Below, piece after piece: positions 54,899-64,000 of a stretch of DNA of 64,000 nt. The stretch is from Verrucomicrobiia bacterium (GTDB taxonomy: Bacteria; Verrucomicrobiota; Verrucomicrobiia; Limisphaerales; UBA11358). The notes beneath the pieces are model-generated. The model did no database searches. It was not told where the DNA came from and saw only the letters and a list, made by a program, of their open reading frames with translations. The stretch covers positions 2,169-66,168 of the forward strand of contig JASHPN010000372.1 of assembly GCA_030038175.1 (NCBI GenBank), read 5' to 3'. Position 1 is the stretch's first letter. The number at the start of each line of letters is the position of its first letter. Made by a program: the position numbers and the translations under genes.

Positions 54899-55304
54899 GG
54901 CGGAGCGCGGCTGCCTGCGCCGCCGCTGCAAGTCCCGATGCTTTTTATCGGGATCGCCTTTGGCGAAGGAGGGTGTCGGAGTCCAGCCGCAGCACGCTCG
55001 AATCCACGATGCCTGATCCGGACGACACATCCGCGCCTCCGGCATTTGCCCCGTTCCCAAACGAACCGGCCATTCGCCAATGGGTCGCCGACGCGCTGAA
55101 TTTGCCGCTCGAAGAGATCACCGCTGAATCCGAAGCCCACAATGGGTCTGCATCCCGCGGTGTCCCGCCATTCCGGCATCGGTATAGTTAATATTAGTAT
55201 AAGTTCAGCCTTTCCCGTCGGCAGACTCTATGATTATAATTCCTTTATGATCTAATTAGTACAATGCGGCGCGTTTTGAAAATCCAAAAAAAGTAAAAAA
55301 TCGC

Positions 55305-55333
55305 TTGACGCCTATACTCATGCAGGTGATATT
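55305..55333 (+). promoter_or_regulatory. Sigma70-like promoter candidate far upstream of the giant LamG gene
   Basis: TTGACG (55305-55310), 17-nt spacer, GATATT (55328-55333), within an AT-rich stretch. It would give a ~390-nt leader. No experimental support. Confidence 0.3.
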
Positions 55334-55722
55334 GAGCGGCATTCGTCCATAGTATGTGCGTAACTTTAAGCCTCGATTCAATTTACTTGGAAAATATTTT
55401 TCGTTTAAAAAATTTTAGAGGCTGGCACAAAGAAAGCGTTATGAAATCGGTCTGGTTCATTTGAGGATTCGGCAGACGGGTGGCGACTGGTGGCGTTTTT
55501 CTTGGGGACGCAGACAGGGACTTCTCAATTGCTCATACAACGGCATTCGTGCAATGGCATTTAATGCTTCGTTCGTAATTCTTCAGATCCAATGGCCCGG
55601 ACAAAAACCGGACGCCATAGGAAGCGCTCTGGCGCTCTATGGCGGCGGGAAGAATTTTATTGGTAATAATAACTAAAAGAAAATTTTAAACCAATCCCTA
55701 AGTCGGACCAATCCCGGAATTT

Positions 55723-58700
55723 ATGAAAAAATACTCCCTGCGTGCCTTCACGATCACAATGATGCTCATGTTTGCGGCGGCTGCCGTCCATGCGCAATCG
55801 GCCCAATCGGCCTTTACCAACGCCCTGATGCAACTGAACCCCGTGGCATATTGGCCGTTGCAGGAATCGGCCCAGCCGCCGGTTGCCGACGTCGAGACCA
55901 ATTATGGCTCGCTCGGATCGGCCGCCAACGCTTATTATTCCAGCACCAATCTGCTCCCCGACCAGCCGGGAGCTTTGCCTGGCGACTCGGACACCTCGGT
56001 GATGCTCAACGGCGGCAACGGCTCATTTTTGGCCGTGCCTAACAGCGATCCCCGGACCGCCGTGCTCTCGGCGCCGTTCACCGTGGAGGCGTGGGTCTAT
56101 CCAATGAATTACTCCGGTGATATCGCCATCATTTCCAAGGCTGCGGCCAATCCCGGCGGGTTGAACGGAAGCACTTATCGCGGCGGCTGGGTCTTGAGCC
56201 AAAATTACCTGGCCTATCAGGACGGCAACAAATTGCAGGGCTGGAGTTTTCACGTGTACAACGGGCAGGGATCGGCCACTAACGGCGGCCCCGAGGGCGG
56301 CGCCGAGGCCGGAGTGTTTTATAGCTATAACACCAACGCGAGCTGGTATTATCTGGCGGCCGTCTTTGACGGCGTCAATTGCACTTTCTATGTAAATGGC
56401 ACCAACGTCAATTCGATCAATTCCGGGTACAGCATTCCAATGTCCGGTTCTTATGTGCCTGATACGTGGGATCAATTGTGCATTGGCTGCGGTCGCGGCA
56501 TCAATGACAACCGGTTTGATGGCGGCATTGATGAAGTGGCCATTTATACGAACGCGCTCTCGGCCGCAACTATTCAGGCCCACTACAACGCCGCCGGCGG
56601 CTCGGGTTATTCCGGCACGGTTTTGGGAAACAACCCGCTGATGTATTGGCGAATGGATGACAATAGTTACACTCCGCCGCCCGCCACCAGCGCCTATCCC
56701 GTCGCCGCCAATTACGGGTCCGTTGCGGGCCTGGAAGGATTGTATCTTTCCGGAGATGTTCCCGGCGTGGCCGGCCCGTCGTTCCCTGGCCTTGGCAGCC
56801 TGACCAATGCCTGCGCCTTTAACGGCATCGGCACGGATAACACCAATCAAATGGCGGTGTTTACCAACGGCGTGGCCATGGCCACCAATGTCGCCGCTTC
56901 CGGCCTGGTCATCACCAATCGCGATCCCTCGTTGATGGTGGCGTCGAACAGTTTTTCGATGGTTTGCTGGTTCAAATGCAATCCGGCGGATAATCGGTTT
57001 CAGGGTCTGGTGGGCCAGGGCGATCATTCCTGGCGGCTGGCCCTGGGCAACGGCGGCAATGCCGGCCATCTCCAATTCAATTCCGGCTTGACCAACAATC
57101 CCAGCGTTGGCGACCTCGTGTCTCCAAACGTCTTCAACGATGGTAATTGGCATTTTGCGGCATGTGTCGCAAGCGTGACCACGAACAGTCTCGGCACTTT
57201 GCTGGTGACCAATATTCTTTATGTGGACGGCGTGGAACAAGTGATTCAGGTCAACTCCAATTCTTTGCCGCAGCCGGGCCAGGTGCAATTGATTCCTTTG
57301 TTGGGCGGCTCGCCGGATTATTTGCTTTCAGGAGGCACGACTTACAATCAGAGATTTCTTGATGGCGACCTGGCTCATGTCGCCTTCTTCACCAACGCAT
57401 TGACCGCGGCGCAGGTCATCAACCTGTACACGAACGCCAATGGCGGTATTATGCCGGGGCCGGAAATCTCCTCGCAACCGTATCCGTATCCCTCGGTCCG
57501 AACGGTGACCGGCGGCCCGGGCGCCTATATCTTTGAAGCCGTGGTTGCCAATGGCAATGGCCCGCTGACGTATCAATGGTATTTCAACCAAACGGGTTCC
57601 AACTATTTGGGTGCAACCGCTCTGGTGGATAATCTCTCGAATATTGTCGAGTCTCAAACGTCGCAATTGACGGTCACCAACCTCACGCAGAACAACAGCG
57701 GCTATTATTTCTGCGTGGTCAGCGATGCGTTCGGCCAGTCTGTCACCAGCGCCATTGTGGACGTTCAAATCCAGGCCGATCCCGTGATTCTGTCGCAAAC
57801 CCCGGTTGGCAACTTCAGCCTTTATCAAAACCAGACTGCCTCGCTGTCCGTGACCGCCGGCGGAGCGACCAACGGTTTGGGTTATCAATGGTACACCAAC
57901 GGTGTGGCCGATACCTCGGCAGGCGGCGGGGCCGCTTATAATTTCCCGGACGTTCCGGTTCCGGCGAATGAGACTTTTCAGGTTGTGGTGACCAATGATT
58001 TCGGCGCGGTCACCGGCGCGCTCGCGACCGCGACCTCCGTGCAGTCGTTGCCCGCGGCGTTGACCGGCAGTGCTTATGGCGCGGGCATTCTGGCCCTGAA
58101 TCCGACGGTCTATTTCCCAATGCACGAAACCGGAGCGCCGGCGCCGGGTGACATTGAAACCAATTACGGAACTTTGGGCTCATTGGGGACTGGATATTAT
58201 GCCGATTGGGACGTGAACAATGGCGCGCCCGACAGCACCTGGGTGCTGCATCAAATCCGCGGCGCAATCTCGGGCGATTTGGATGGCGCAGCGGACCTGG
58301 AAGGGAACAACGGCAACAATGCCATGAGCCACTTGTTTGTCCCGCATACGTCGCCCCTCACCACGCTCAGGCCGCCGTTTAGCGTCGAGTTCTGGGTCTA
58401 TCCCGATAATAACGGCTTTGGTGACATTATCACCCAGGATGGAACCTGGACCAATGCCGGCGCCGCCAATCACCAAAACACGGACGGCATCCGCATCGTA
58501 TGGAACCGGAGCAATATTCAGCTTTACGGAGATGCCACGATTAACACCACGACCGCTACCGTATCGTTGAACCAATGGCACCATGTGGTGCTGACTTACG
58601 ATGGGACCAACATGATCTATTATTTGGACGGAGGCCAGAAGGCCTCCGGAACCACCACCAGCTTCATCCCTGATACCTGGGATCCGCTAATGGTGGGTTG

Positions 58701-61700
58701 CGGCTTTTGGACCTACAATTCCGGAGGAAATTACAACATCCAGTTTGGAATTGACGAATTGGCCGTCTACACCAACGTGCTGCAGGCTTCCGATGTCAGC
58801 ACGCACTATAATGATGGCGTGAGCGGAGCGGCCGGCACTTATTTTGCCGCTGTCACCAACGACAATCCGCTGCTCTATTACCGCATGGATTCTCCCACCT
58901 TCACCGCCCCGCCGATGAGCACCTGGCCCGTGATGACCAATTATGGCGCCGCCATGCTCAACGGCGTCTATAGTCCGGGCACCACGCCGGGCATCGTCAG
59001 CGGCCCGAACAACGGGTTCGTTTCAGCCGGCGGCCTGGTCGCCACCAACGCAATGGCTGCCAATGGCCTGAGCACGTTTGCCGAAGCCACCGACCCGGAC
59101 GCCTTTGACCCAGCCGGCCCGGACACGCCATTCACTGTTTCATTGTGGTTTAAGGGCAACCCTGCCGATTCCTCCCGATATCAATCCATGGTCAGCGAAG
59201 GCACCGGCTGGCAAATCAACCAGGGCCAGACCGGCGGCCTGGATATTTGGCTCGTGAACGACTTTAGCAGCAAGGGAATCTATAACGACGGCCTCTGGCA
59301 CCAGGCCGTGCTCACGTACTCAACGAATGTGCTGGCGCTCTATGTGGACGGAGTCCTGGACAATATCAGCACCAACAGCGGTTACACCAATCCGCCGCCC
59401 GACACCGTTGATTTCACCGGCTTCGGTTGTGATGCCCGGTATCTCAACAGCAACGGCGGTTCGGGACGGCAATACAGTGGCGACCTGTGCGAATTCGCCT
59501 TCTGGAACGGTACGGCCCTGACGCCCGCTCAAATCCACTCCCTTTACGCCAGCGCGGCTATGGCGCCCGAAATCACGAAACAGCCGATTTCCGGAACCGT
59601 CAACGCCGGAACTTCCTTCACCAACACCGTGACGGCGCTTGGCGCCAACCTGACCTATCAGTGGTACCGGGATGGCCAGCCGCTCCCCATCGGCGCCCAG
59701 ACCAACCTGGCCGACGGCGCAACCAATGCGGCTTTGATTCTTAGCCCGGTCCTGGCTTCCGATGCCAGCACCGATTATTACGTGGTAGTTGCCAATGGCG
59801 GCGGTTCCGTCACCAGCGCGGTCGCCACCCTGACTGTGAATACGCTTCCCATCATTACCACTTCAACGCCCACGCCTTATACCAACCTGTTCGCGGTGTA
59901 TGCCGGCGCCAACCCGGCGTTTGCCGTCGCGGCCAGGGGCGCGACTCCACTCGCCTATTATTGGTTCACCAACGGCGTCGCCGTCGGCAATGATAACACG
60001 GCGGCGTTCGCCATGAGCAACGTCCTGCAGGGCTTCACCAATTTCTGTGTCGTCAGCAATTACCTCGGCGTGGCCAGCAATGTCTGGAGCGCCCAGGTGC
60101 TTCCGGTTCCAGCCGCGCCGTATCCGCAGTCCGTCATGGCCCTCAACCCCATTGGCTATTGGCGCATGAATGACACCAACCTCGATGGCGTGGATTATGC
60201 AAACGGCGGCTCGAGTTTTCTCGGCGGCGGCGATTTCGGCTGGGTTTGCCACGACTACGCCGGCGGCAACGACGGCCTCTATACCAATTGTTACCTGGGC
60301 TGGCCCGGTTACAATCCAACCGAAGATCCGTCCGATTCTTCCGCGCAGTTTGGCCAGACGGATGGTCTGGGCAACGACTACGGCGACAGTTTGGCCTTTG
60401 GCATTGCGGGCATTAACTTCGCCTCGCCCGCCGGGACGAGCCAATCGTTCACCGTGGAAGCCTGGGTCAACGGCTATCAGCAGTCCTACGATGCCGGCAT
60501 CGTCACCCTGGGCTGGGGCGGCGGCGGCGAGCAGTTCGATTTGGACACGGGCGCCGACCCGGGCCACAACTTCCGTTTCTTCTTCCGTGACGCCTCGGAC
60601 GCGGTTCACGCGGTCAACAGTTCGATTGCCACCTCGGGCTTCGGCACGTGGTATCATCTGGCCGGCGTCGTGGACGAAACGAACGGCGCCATGTCGCTTT
60701 ACGTCAATGGTCTGCCCGTCGGGACCACGACCTACTCGCCCGGCCTGGGCATCTTGTCCTCCACCAATCTGATGGGCATCGGGTCCAGGTTGGGTTCGGC
60801 CACAACGAATTACAACTACCAGTTCGAGGGCAACATCAACGACGTGGCGATTTATAATTATGCCCTGACCGCGAACCAGATCCTGAACCAATATGTGGCC
60901 TCGGGAGTGCCGCCCTTCCTGGCGCCGGCGCCCGTGTCTGCCACCAACGCCAGCGGCAACAGTACTTTAGTCATCCCCGCGGCCGCGGCCGGAACCGCCC
61001 CGCTGACGGCGTGGTGGAAGGATGTCAGCGCAGGAACAAACATCCTGAGCGCGACCACCAACGGCAACTATCTCAATGCGAACCTCACGGTAAGCAACGT
61101 GCCCGCTGGTTGGAACAATGATCAACTCGAGCTCATCGTGAGCAATGCCATTGGCGGGACGAATGTGTTCGTGAACCTGACCATCTATACCAATGCACCC
61201 CAGGTGACTGCCCCTCTGCCCGCGGCCATCACGCTGCCGGTCGGCAAGAGCTACGCGTATTCAGTTCAGGCTCAGGGAGAGCAGCCTCTGGCCTATCAAT
61301 GGTATCTCAACGGCACGGGCATCAGCGGCGCGACGGCCTCGGCCTACACGTTTACGGCGGCAAACAACGCTGTCTATAGCCTCATCGTGACCAACAGTTA
61401 TGGCGCGGCGACCAACTTCTCCACCGTCACCGTCGTCGCTGCTCCGACTGACACGTTCAGCACGAACATCCTGAATCTGAGCCCCGTGGGTTATTGGCCG
61501 TTGCAGGAGACCAATGCGCAGGCCGCGACGACCATGGAGACCAACTACGGCACCCTGGGCGCGTTGGGGAACGCTTATTACGCGGGCACCAATTCCGCGG
61601 CGCCCGGCGTCGGCGGCATCACCTTCGGCCAAACCCCCGGCGCATTGACCGGATCAGGCGACAACGATCCCGCTATTGTCATTGGCGGCCAAAACACCAA

Positions 61701-63162
61701 CAGCTACCTCTTTGTCCCCATCCGGACGCCGGCGCTGCTCATCAAGGCGCCGATGACCTTTGAATGCTGGTTCAATCCGGCCTCGAGTTCAGCCTTCGGC
61801 GACATCATGGGCGACGGCGGCGCCAACGGCGATGGCAGCGGCAACTGGGGTGGCTTCCGGATCTCCTATCAGGTCGGCGGCTCTCTGCAGACCTACAACT
61901 ATACCGGCGTGGGCGCTAATTATGACTCCACGTCCACGGCCGGCGGATTGCTCACCTCGGGCGCATGGCATCAATGTGTCATGACCTATGACGGCTCCAA
62001 TCTTGACGTCTATGTGGACGGCACGCTGCAAGTCAATACGACGGACACCAATATCGTCCCCAGTCGCTATGTTCCGCTGACGATTGGCACGAGCCGCTGG
62101 GACCAGGGTCCCACGCGCACGCCCACGGGCGAGATCGATGAAGTGGCGGTCTATACCAACGCCCTGACCGCAACGCAGGTCAGCAACCATTATTTGTCCG
62201 CCATTACGTCTGGCTCCAATTACATGCAGACGATCGTAAACGACAAGCCGCTGCTGTATTATCGCATGGATGCTTCCTTCATCGCTCCAAACCCGGCGGC
62301 GTATCCGCAGGCCATCAATTACGGTTCGGCGCCCGTCAACGGCGCCTATCAGGCGGGCGTCGCGCCCGGCGAAGTCGCCGGCCCGCCCATCACCTCCCTG
62401 AGTTCGAACTCGGTGGCTGCGCCCATCAATGGCATCTTCGGTTGCGTGGACGCTGGCTATGATCCCTCGTTCAATCCCACCGGCGCCCAGCCGTTCACAG
62501 CCATGTGCTGGTTCCGGGGCAACCCATGGGATGAACGCATCCAGACGATCATGGGCCAGGGCGCAAACTGGGCGATGACCATTAGCAACACCACCGGCCT
62601 GATTACCTTGAATCTCAATTCCGCCGGACAAGTGACCACAACCAATGTGCTCAACGACGGCAACTGGCATCAATTGGCCGGCGTCTATAACGGCACCAAC
62701 TGTTATCTGTATGTGGATGGCGCCTTGAACAATTCCGCTGCGGCGATCGGCGGCATGGTCGGGGATGCCAATGCCAACTTGTATCTCGGCGGCGACGTGA
62801 ATTATCCCTTCAACGGGGCCGCGAATCAGGCCACTGAGCAATACTTTGCCGGTGACCTCGCCCAGGTGGCCTTGTTTACCAACGCCCTTACGGCGGCTGA
62901 AATCCAGGCGGTTTATAACGACGCCGTTCCTGCAACCGTCAGTCTGAACCCGACGAACATCGTGTTCTCCGTATCGGGTAATCAGTTGAACCTGAGCTGG
63001 CCCGCCGATCACCTCGGCTGGACCTTGCAGGCGCAGACCAACCGCCTGTCCGTGGGCATCAGCACCAACTGGGCGAACGTGGCCGGCTCGACCACCGTCA
63101 CCAACGTCGTCATCCCGATCAACCTGACCAACGGCTCCGTATTCTATCGGCTGGTCTATTAA
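55723..63162 (+). CDS. Giant secreted LamG (Laminin_G_3-like)/Ig-like repeat surface protein
   Basis: 2479 aa with signal peptide MKKYSLRAFTITMMLMFAAAAVHAQS. Seven LamG-type modules, each ending in a (D/G)(E/D)(V/L)A(I/V/F)(Y/F)TNAL(S/T)A...(H/L)Y-type motif. Six Ig-like modules with (L)xYQWY/YYWF motifs. Four reiterations of the LNP(V/T/I)xYWP(L/M)xE...ETNYG(S/T)LG module starter. C-terminal ~75-aa module ending SVFYRLVY. Confidence 0.92.
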   Translation: MKKYSLRAFTITMMLMFAAAAVHAQSAQSAFTNALMQLNPVAYWPLQESAQPPVADVETNYGSLGSAANAYYSSTNLLPDQPGALPGDSDTSVMLNGGNGSFLAVPNSDPRTAVLSAPFTVEAWVYPMNYSGDIAIISKAAANPGGLNGSTYRGGWVLSQNYLAYQDGNKLQGWSFHVYNGQGSATNGGPEGGAEAGVFYSYNTNASWYYLAAVFDGVNCTFYVNGTNVNSINSGYSIPMSGSYVPDTWDQLCIGCGRGINDNRFDGGIDEVAIYTNALSAATIQAHYNAAGGSGYSGTVLGNNPLMYWRMDDNSYTPPPATSAYPVAANYGSVAGLEGLYLSGDVPGVAGPSFPGLGSLTNACAFNGIGTDNTNQMAVFTNGVAMATNVAASGLVITNRDPSLMVASNSFSMVCWFKCNPADNRFQGLVGQGDHSWRLALGNGGNAGHLQFNSGLTNNPSVGDLVSPNVFNDGNWHFAACVASVTTNSLGTLLVTNILYVDGVEQVIQVNSNSLPQPGQVQLIPLLGGSPDYLLSGGTTYNQRFLDGDLAHVAFFTNALTAAQVINLYTNANGGIMPGPEISSQPYPYPSVRTVTGGPGAYIFEAVVANGNGPLTYQWYFNQTGSNYLGATALVDNLSNIVESQTSQLTVTNLTQNNSGYYFCVVSDAFGQSVTSAIVDVQIQADPVILSQTPVGNFSLYQNQTASLSVTAGGATNGLGYQWYTNGVADTSAGGGAAYNFPDVPVPANETFQVVVTNDFGAVTGALATATSVQSLPAALTGSAYGAGILALNPTVYFPMHETGAPAPGDIETNYGTLGSLGTGYYADWDVNNGAPDSTWVLHQIRGAISGDLDGAADLEGNNGNNAMSHLFVPHTSPLTTLRPPFSVEFWVYPDNNGFGDIITQDGTWTNAGAANHQNTDGIRIVWNRSNIQLYGDATINTTTATVSLNQWHHVVLTYDGTNMIYYLDGGQKASGTTTSFIPDTWDPLMVGCGFWTYNSGGNYNIQFGIDELAVYTNVLQASDVSTHYNDGVSGAAGTYFAAVTNDNPLLYYRMDSPTFTAPPMSTWPVMTNYGAAMLNGVYSPGTTPGIVSGPNNGFVSAGGLVATNAMAANGLSTFAEATDPDAFDPAGPDTPFTVSLWFKGNPADSSRYQSMVSEGTGWQINQGQTGGLDIWLVNDFSSKGIYNDGLWHQAVLTYSTNVLALYVDGVLDNISTNSGYTNPPPDTVDFTGFGCDARYLNSNGGSGRQYSGDLCEFAFWNGTALTPAQIHSLYASAAMAPEITKQPISGTVNAGTSFTNTVTALGANLTYQWYRDGQPLPIGAQTNLADGATNAALILSPVLASDASTDYYVVVANGGGSVTSAVATLTVNTLPIITTSTPTPYTNLFAVYAGANPAFAVAARGATPLAYYWFTNGVAVGNDNTAAFAMSNVLQGFTNFCVVSNYLGVASNVWSAQVLPVPAAPYPQSVMALNPIGYWRMNDTNLDGVDYANGGSSFLGGGDFGWVCHDYAGGNDGLYTNCYLGWPGYNPTEDPSDSSAQFGQTDGLGNDYGDSLAFGIAGINFASPAGTSQSFTVEAWVNGYQQSYDAGIVTLGWGGGGEQFDLDTGADPGHNFRFFFRDASDAVHAVNSSIATSGFGTWYHLAGVVDETNGAMSLYVNGLPVGTTTYSPGLGILSSTNLMGIGSRLGSATTNYNYQFEGNINDVAIYNYALTANQILNQYVASGVPPFLAPAPVSATNASGNSTLVIPAAAAGTAPLTAWWKDVSAGTNILSATTNGNYLNANLTVSNVPAGWNNDQLELIVSNAIGGTNVFVNLTIYTNAPQVTAPLPAAITLPVGKSYAYSVQAQGEQPLAYQWYLNGTGISGATASAYTFTAANNAVYSLIVTNSYGAATNFSTVTVVAAPTDTFSTNILNLSPVGYWPLQETNAQAATTMETNYGTLGALGNAYYAGTNSAAPGVGGITFGQTPGALTGSGDNDPAIVIGGQNTNSYLFVPIRTPALLIKAPMTFECWFNPASSSAFGDIMGDGGANGDGSGNWGGFRISYQVGGSLQTYNYTGVGANYDSTSTAGGLLTSGAWHQCVMTYDGSNLDVYVDGTLQVNTTDTNIVPSRYVPLTIGTSRWDQGPTRTPTGEIDEVAVYTNALTATQVSNHYLSAITSGSNYMQTIVNDKPLLYYRMDASFIAPNPAAYPQAINYGSAPVNGAYQAGVAPGEVAGPPITSLSSNSVAAPINGIFGCVDAGYDPSFNPTGAQPFTAMCWFRGNPWDERIQTIMGQGANWAMTISNTTGLITLNLNSAGQVTTTNVLNDGNWHQLAGVYNGTNCYLYVDGALNNSAAAIGGMVGDANANLYLGGDVNYPFNGAANQATEQYFAGDLAQVALFTNALTAAEIQAVYNDAVPATVSLNPTNIVFSVSGNQLNLSWPADHLGWTLQAQTNRLSVGISTNWANVAGSTTVTNVVIPINLTNGSVFYRLVY

Positions 63163-63183
63163 TTCCGCAATTTAACGATCCAG

Positions 63184-63220
63184 GCCGCCCGCGCTCCCGA
63201 GCGCGGGCGGCTCTTTTTTT
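63184..63220 (+). terminator. Rho-independent terminator of the giant LamG gene
   Basis: GCCGCCCGCGCTC (63184-63196) pairs with GAGCGCGGGCGGC (63199-63211), followed by TCTTTTTTT (63212-63220). It lies about 20 nt after the stop codon. Confidence 0.85.
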
Positions 63221-63638
63221 GGAACCTTCGCCATCGCGCTTGCGTTCGTTTATTGTGGAGCAGCCTGCCGGGGCATAGCCATGTGGCGGAGACCGGACGC
63301 CAGGAGGCTCTGAATGAGATTTTCATGGAGGGGCCCCCGTCTGATTTTTCGGACGCATTGGGACGATGAACCGCCGAGGCCTGCACATTTTTTTTGTGCT
63401 TAGGGAGCGCGCAGAGGAAACGAATGATAAGTAATTGATAATGAGTGATTTAACTCTAATTTGAAATTGGCGATTCGTTTGCTTTGCTCGTTTGCCTGAT
63501 TTTTTCATTATTTGCGTCCCGCGCCGTAGTCTCCCGCTGTGGGACGAAGGCGGGCCAATAAATGCCCGATTTTGGCCTTGATTTTCGGCGATCACGACCG
63601 TGGTCATCCGATCTGACTAGATTGCCTGTCGGCCGATC

Positions 63639-63875
63639 TTATTTCGCCACGGGAAGCGAGGAACTTTTCTCCGTATTTTCCTTTGAATCCCTTTGTTTTT
63701 CGTTGTTTGCCTCGATAATTAGCTCTCGGTCGCGACTTTTGAACCGTATTCGGAAACTACCTGCGCGCAAAGCGATGACGATAAGAAATGTCCCGAAAAT
63801 TGCTAAAATAATGAGCCAGAATATCAACGGCATGCCCCAAATTCTGTCCAAACAAGAATAAGAGTTTCCTTTCAT
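63639..63875 (-). CDS. Possible small single-pass membrane protein
   Basis: 78-aa ORF in an AT-richer region. One clear TM (MPLIFWLIILAIFGTFLIVIAL) and a charged tail. No homolog recognised, so it could be spurious. Confidence 0.3.
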   Translation of the reverse strand: MKGNSYSCLDRIWGMPLIFWLIILAIFGTFLIVIALRAGSFRIRFKSRDRELIIEANNEKQRDSKENTEKSSSLPVAK

Positions 63876-64000
63876 TTTTGGGATCCTTTCTCGGTTCGTG
63901 GTTTAATAAAACATATTCGTCAAATGCATTTTCACGCGTCCGGTGTAACCGCTCCGCATCGATTATAGAACGGCTAAAGTGCCTCAGGTGAGGGGGATTT

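Noticed and set aside
54970-54995. tRNA-like T-loop sequence (CTCGAATCC), and a general tRNA/rRNA search of all intergenic gaps
   Set aside because: There is no acceptor, D or anticodon stem context around it. I saw no cloverleaf-compatible sequence in the gaps at 7095-7281, 20816-21059, 33346-33621, 35338-35518, 42157-42516, 43291-43500, 54526-55722 or 63163-64000.
56023-63012. Long minus-strand ORFs inside the giant LamG gene (421 aa at 56023-57288, 265 aa at 57328-58125, 342 aa at 59863-60891, 407 aa at 61789-63012)
   Set aside because: Antisense shadows with no motifs. The plus-strand frame is continuous, with repeated LamG/Ig signatures.
1-63162. Recent inverted duplication of the two giant LamG genes as a mobile or invertible cassette boundary
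   Set aside because: The paralogs are only moderately similar at protein level by eye, and I saw no long identical DNA stretches. No recombinase or integrase gene is in the window.

Overview
GC-rich bacterial chromosomal segment (judged by eye, not computed). I found no rRNA, tRNA, CRISPR array, transposase or integrase. The gene style points to a PVC-group organism, probably Verrucomicrobiota, but that is inference only. The supporting traits are prepilin-type/H-X9-DG-like proteins, giant LamG/Ig surface proteins, NHL propellers, many multihaem cytochromes and dense hairpin repeats in intergenic DNA.

Layout:
(a) 1-2500 (-): 5' part of a giant LamG/Ig surface-protein gene. It is absent from the ORF track because it runs off the window.
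(b) 2883-7094: propeller-type sensor kinase, LuxR-type response regulator and YjbQ.
(c) 7282-15121 (-): tightly coupled operon of OM barrel, decahaem cytochrome fused to an LVIVD propeller, NHL protein and DUF3307. A secreted tandem GlcG/HbpS-like protein is transcribed divergently from it.
(d) 16751-33345: two paralogous CHASE2 adenylate cyclase / FecR-domain / OM-barrel modules. They bracket an ATGA-coupled four-gene redox operon: membrane-anchored FAD/NAD(P)/2Fe-2S reductase, cNMP-binding 4x[4Fe-4S] protein, 5-TM protein with two H-x13-H helices, and a TM-anchored decahaem cytochrome. A tetrahaem cytochrome is transcribed divergently from it.
(e) 33625-43980: second NHL protein, ICMT-like methyltransferase, PadR with three tandem paralogous membrane proteins, acyltransferase-3, GH76, hypotheticals in a lower-GC patch, and a peroxiredoxin.
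(f) 44127-54525 (-): 2474-aa fully reducing type I PKS (KS-AT-DH-ER-KR-ACP-TE), followed by a TM protein, a pseudopilin-like protein and an ABC-2 exporter.
(g) 55723-63162 (+): 2479-aa LamG/Ig giant protein with a strong intrinsic terminator.

The best candidate for an undescribed system is the cyclic-nucleotide-linked transmembrane electron-export operon at 21060-26471, together with its flanking cyclase modules and the nearby porin-cytochrome operon. Also notable are a ~104-nt multi-hairpin repeat present once intergenically and once in frame inside the PKS KS-AT linker, and a MITE-like repeat family with inverted termini.
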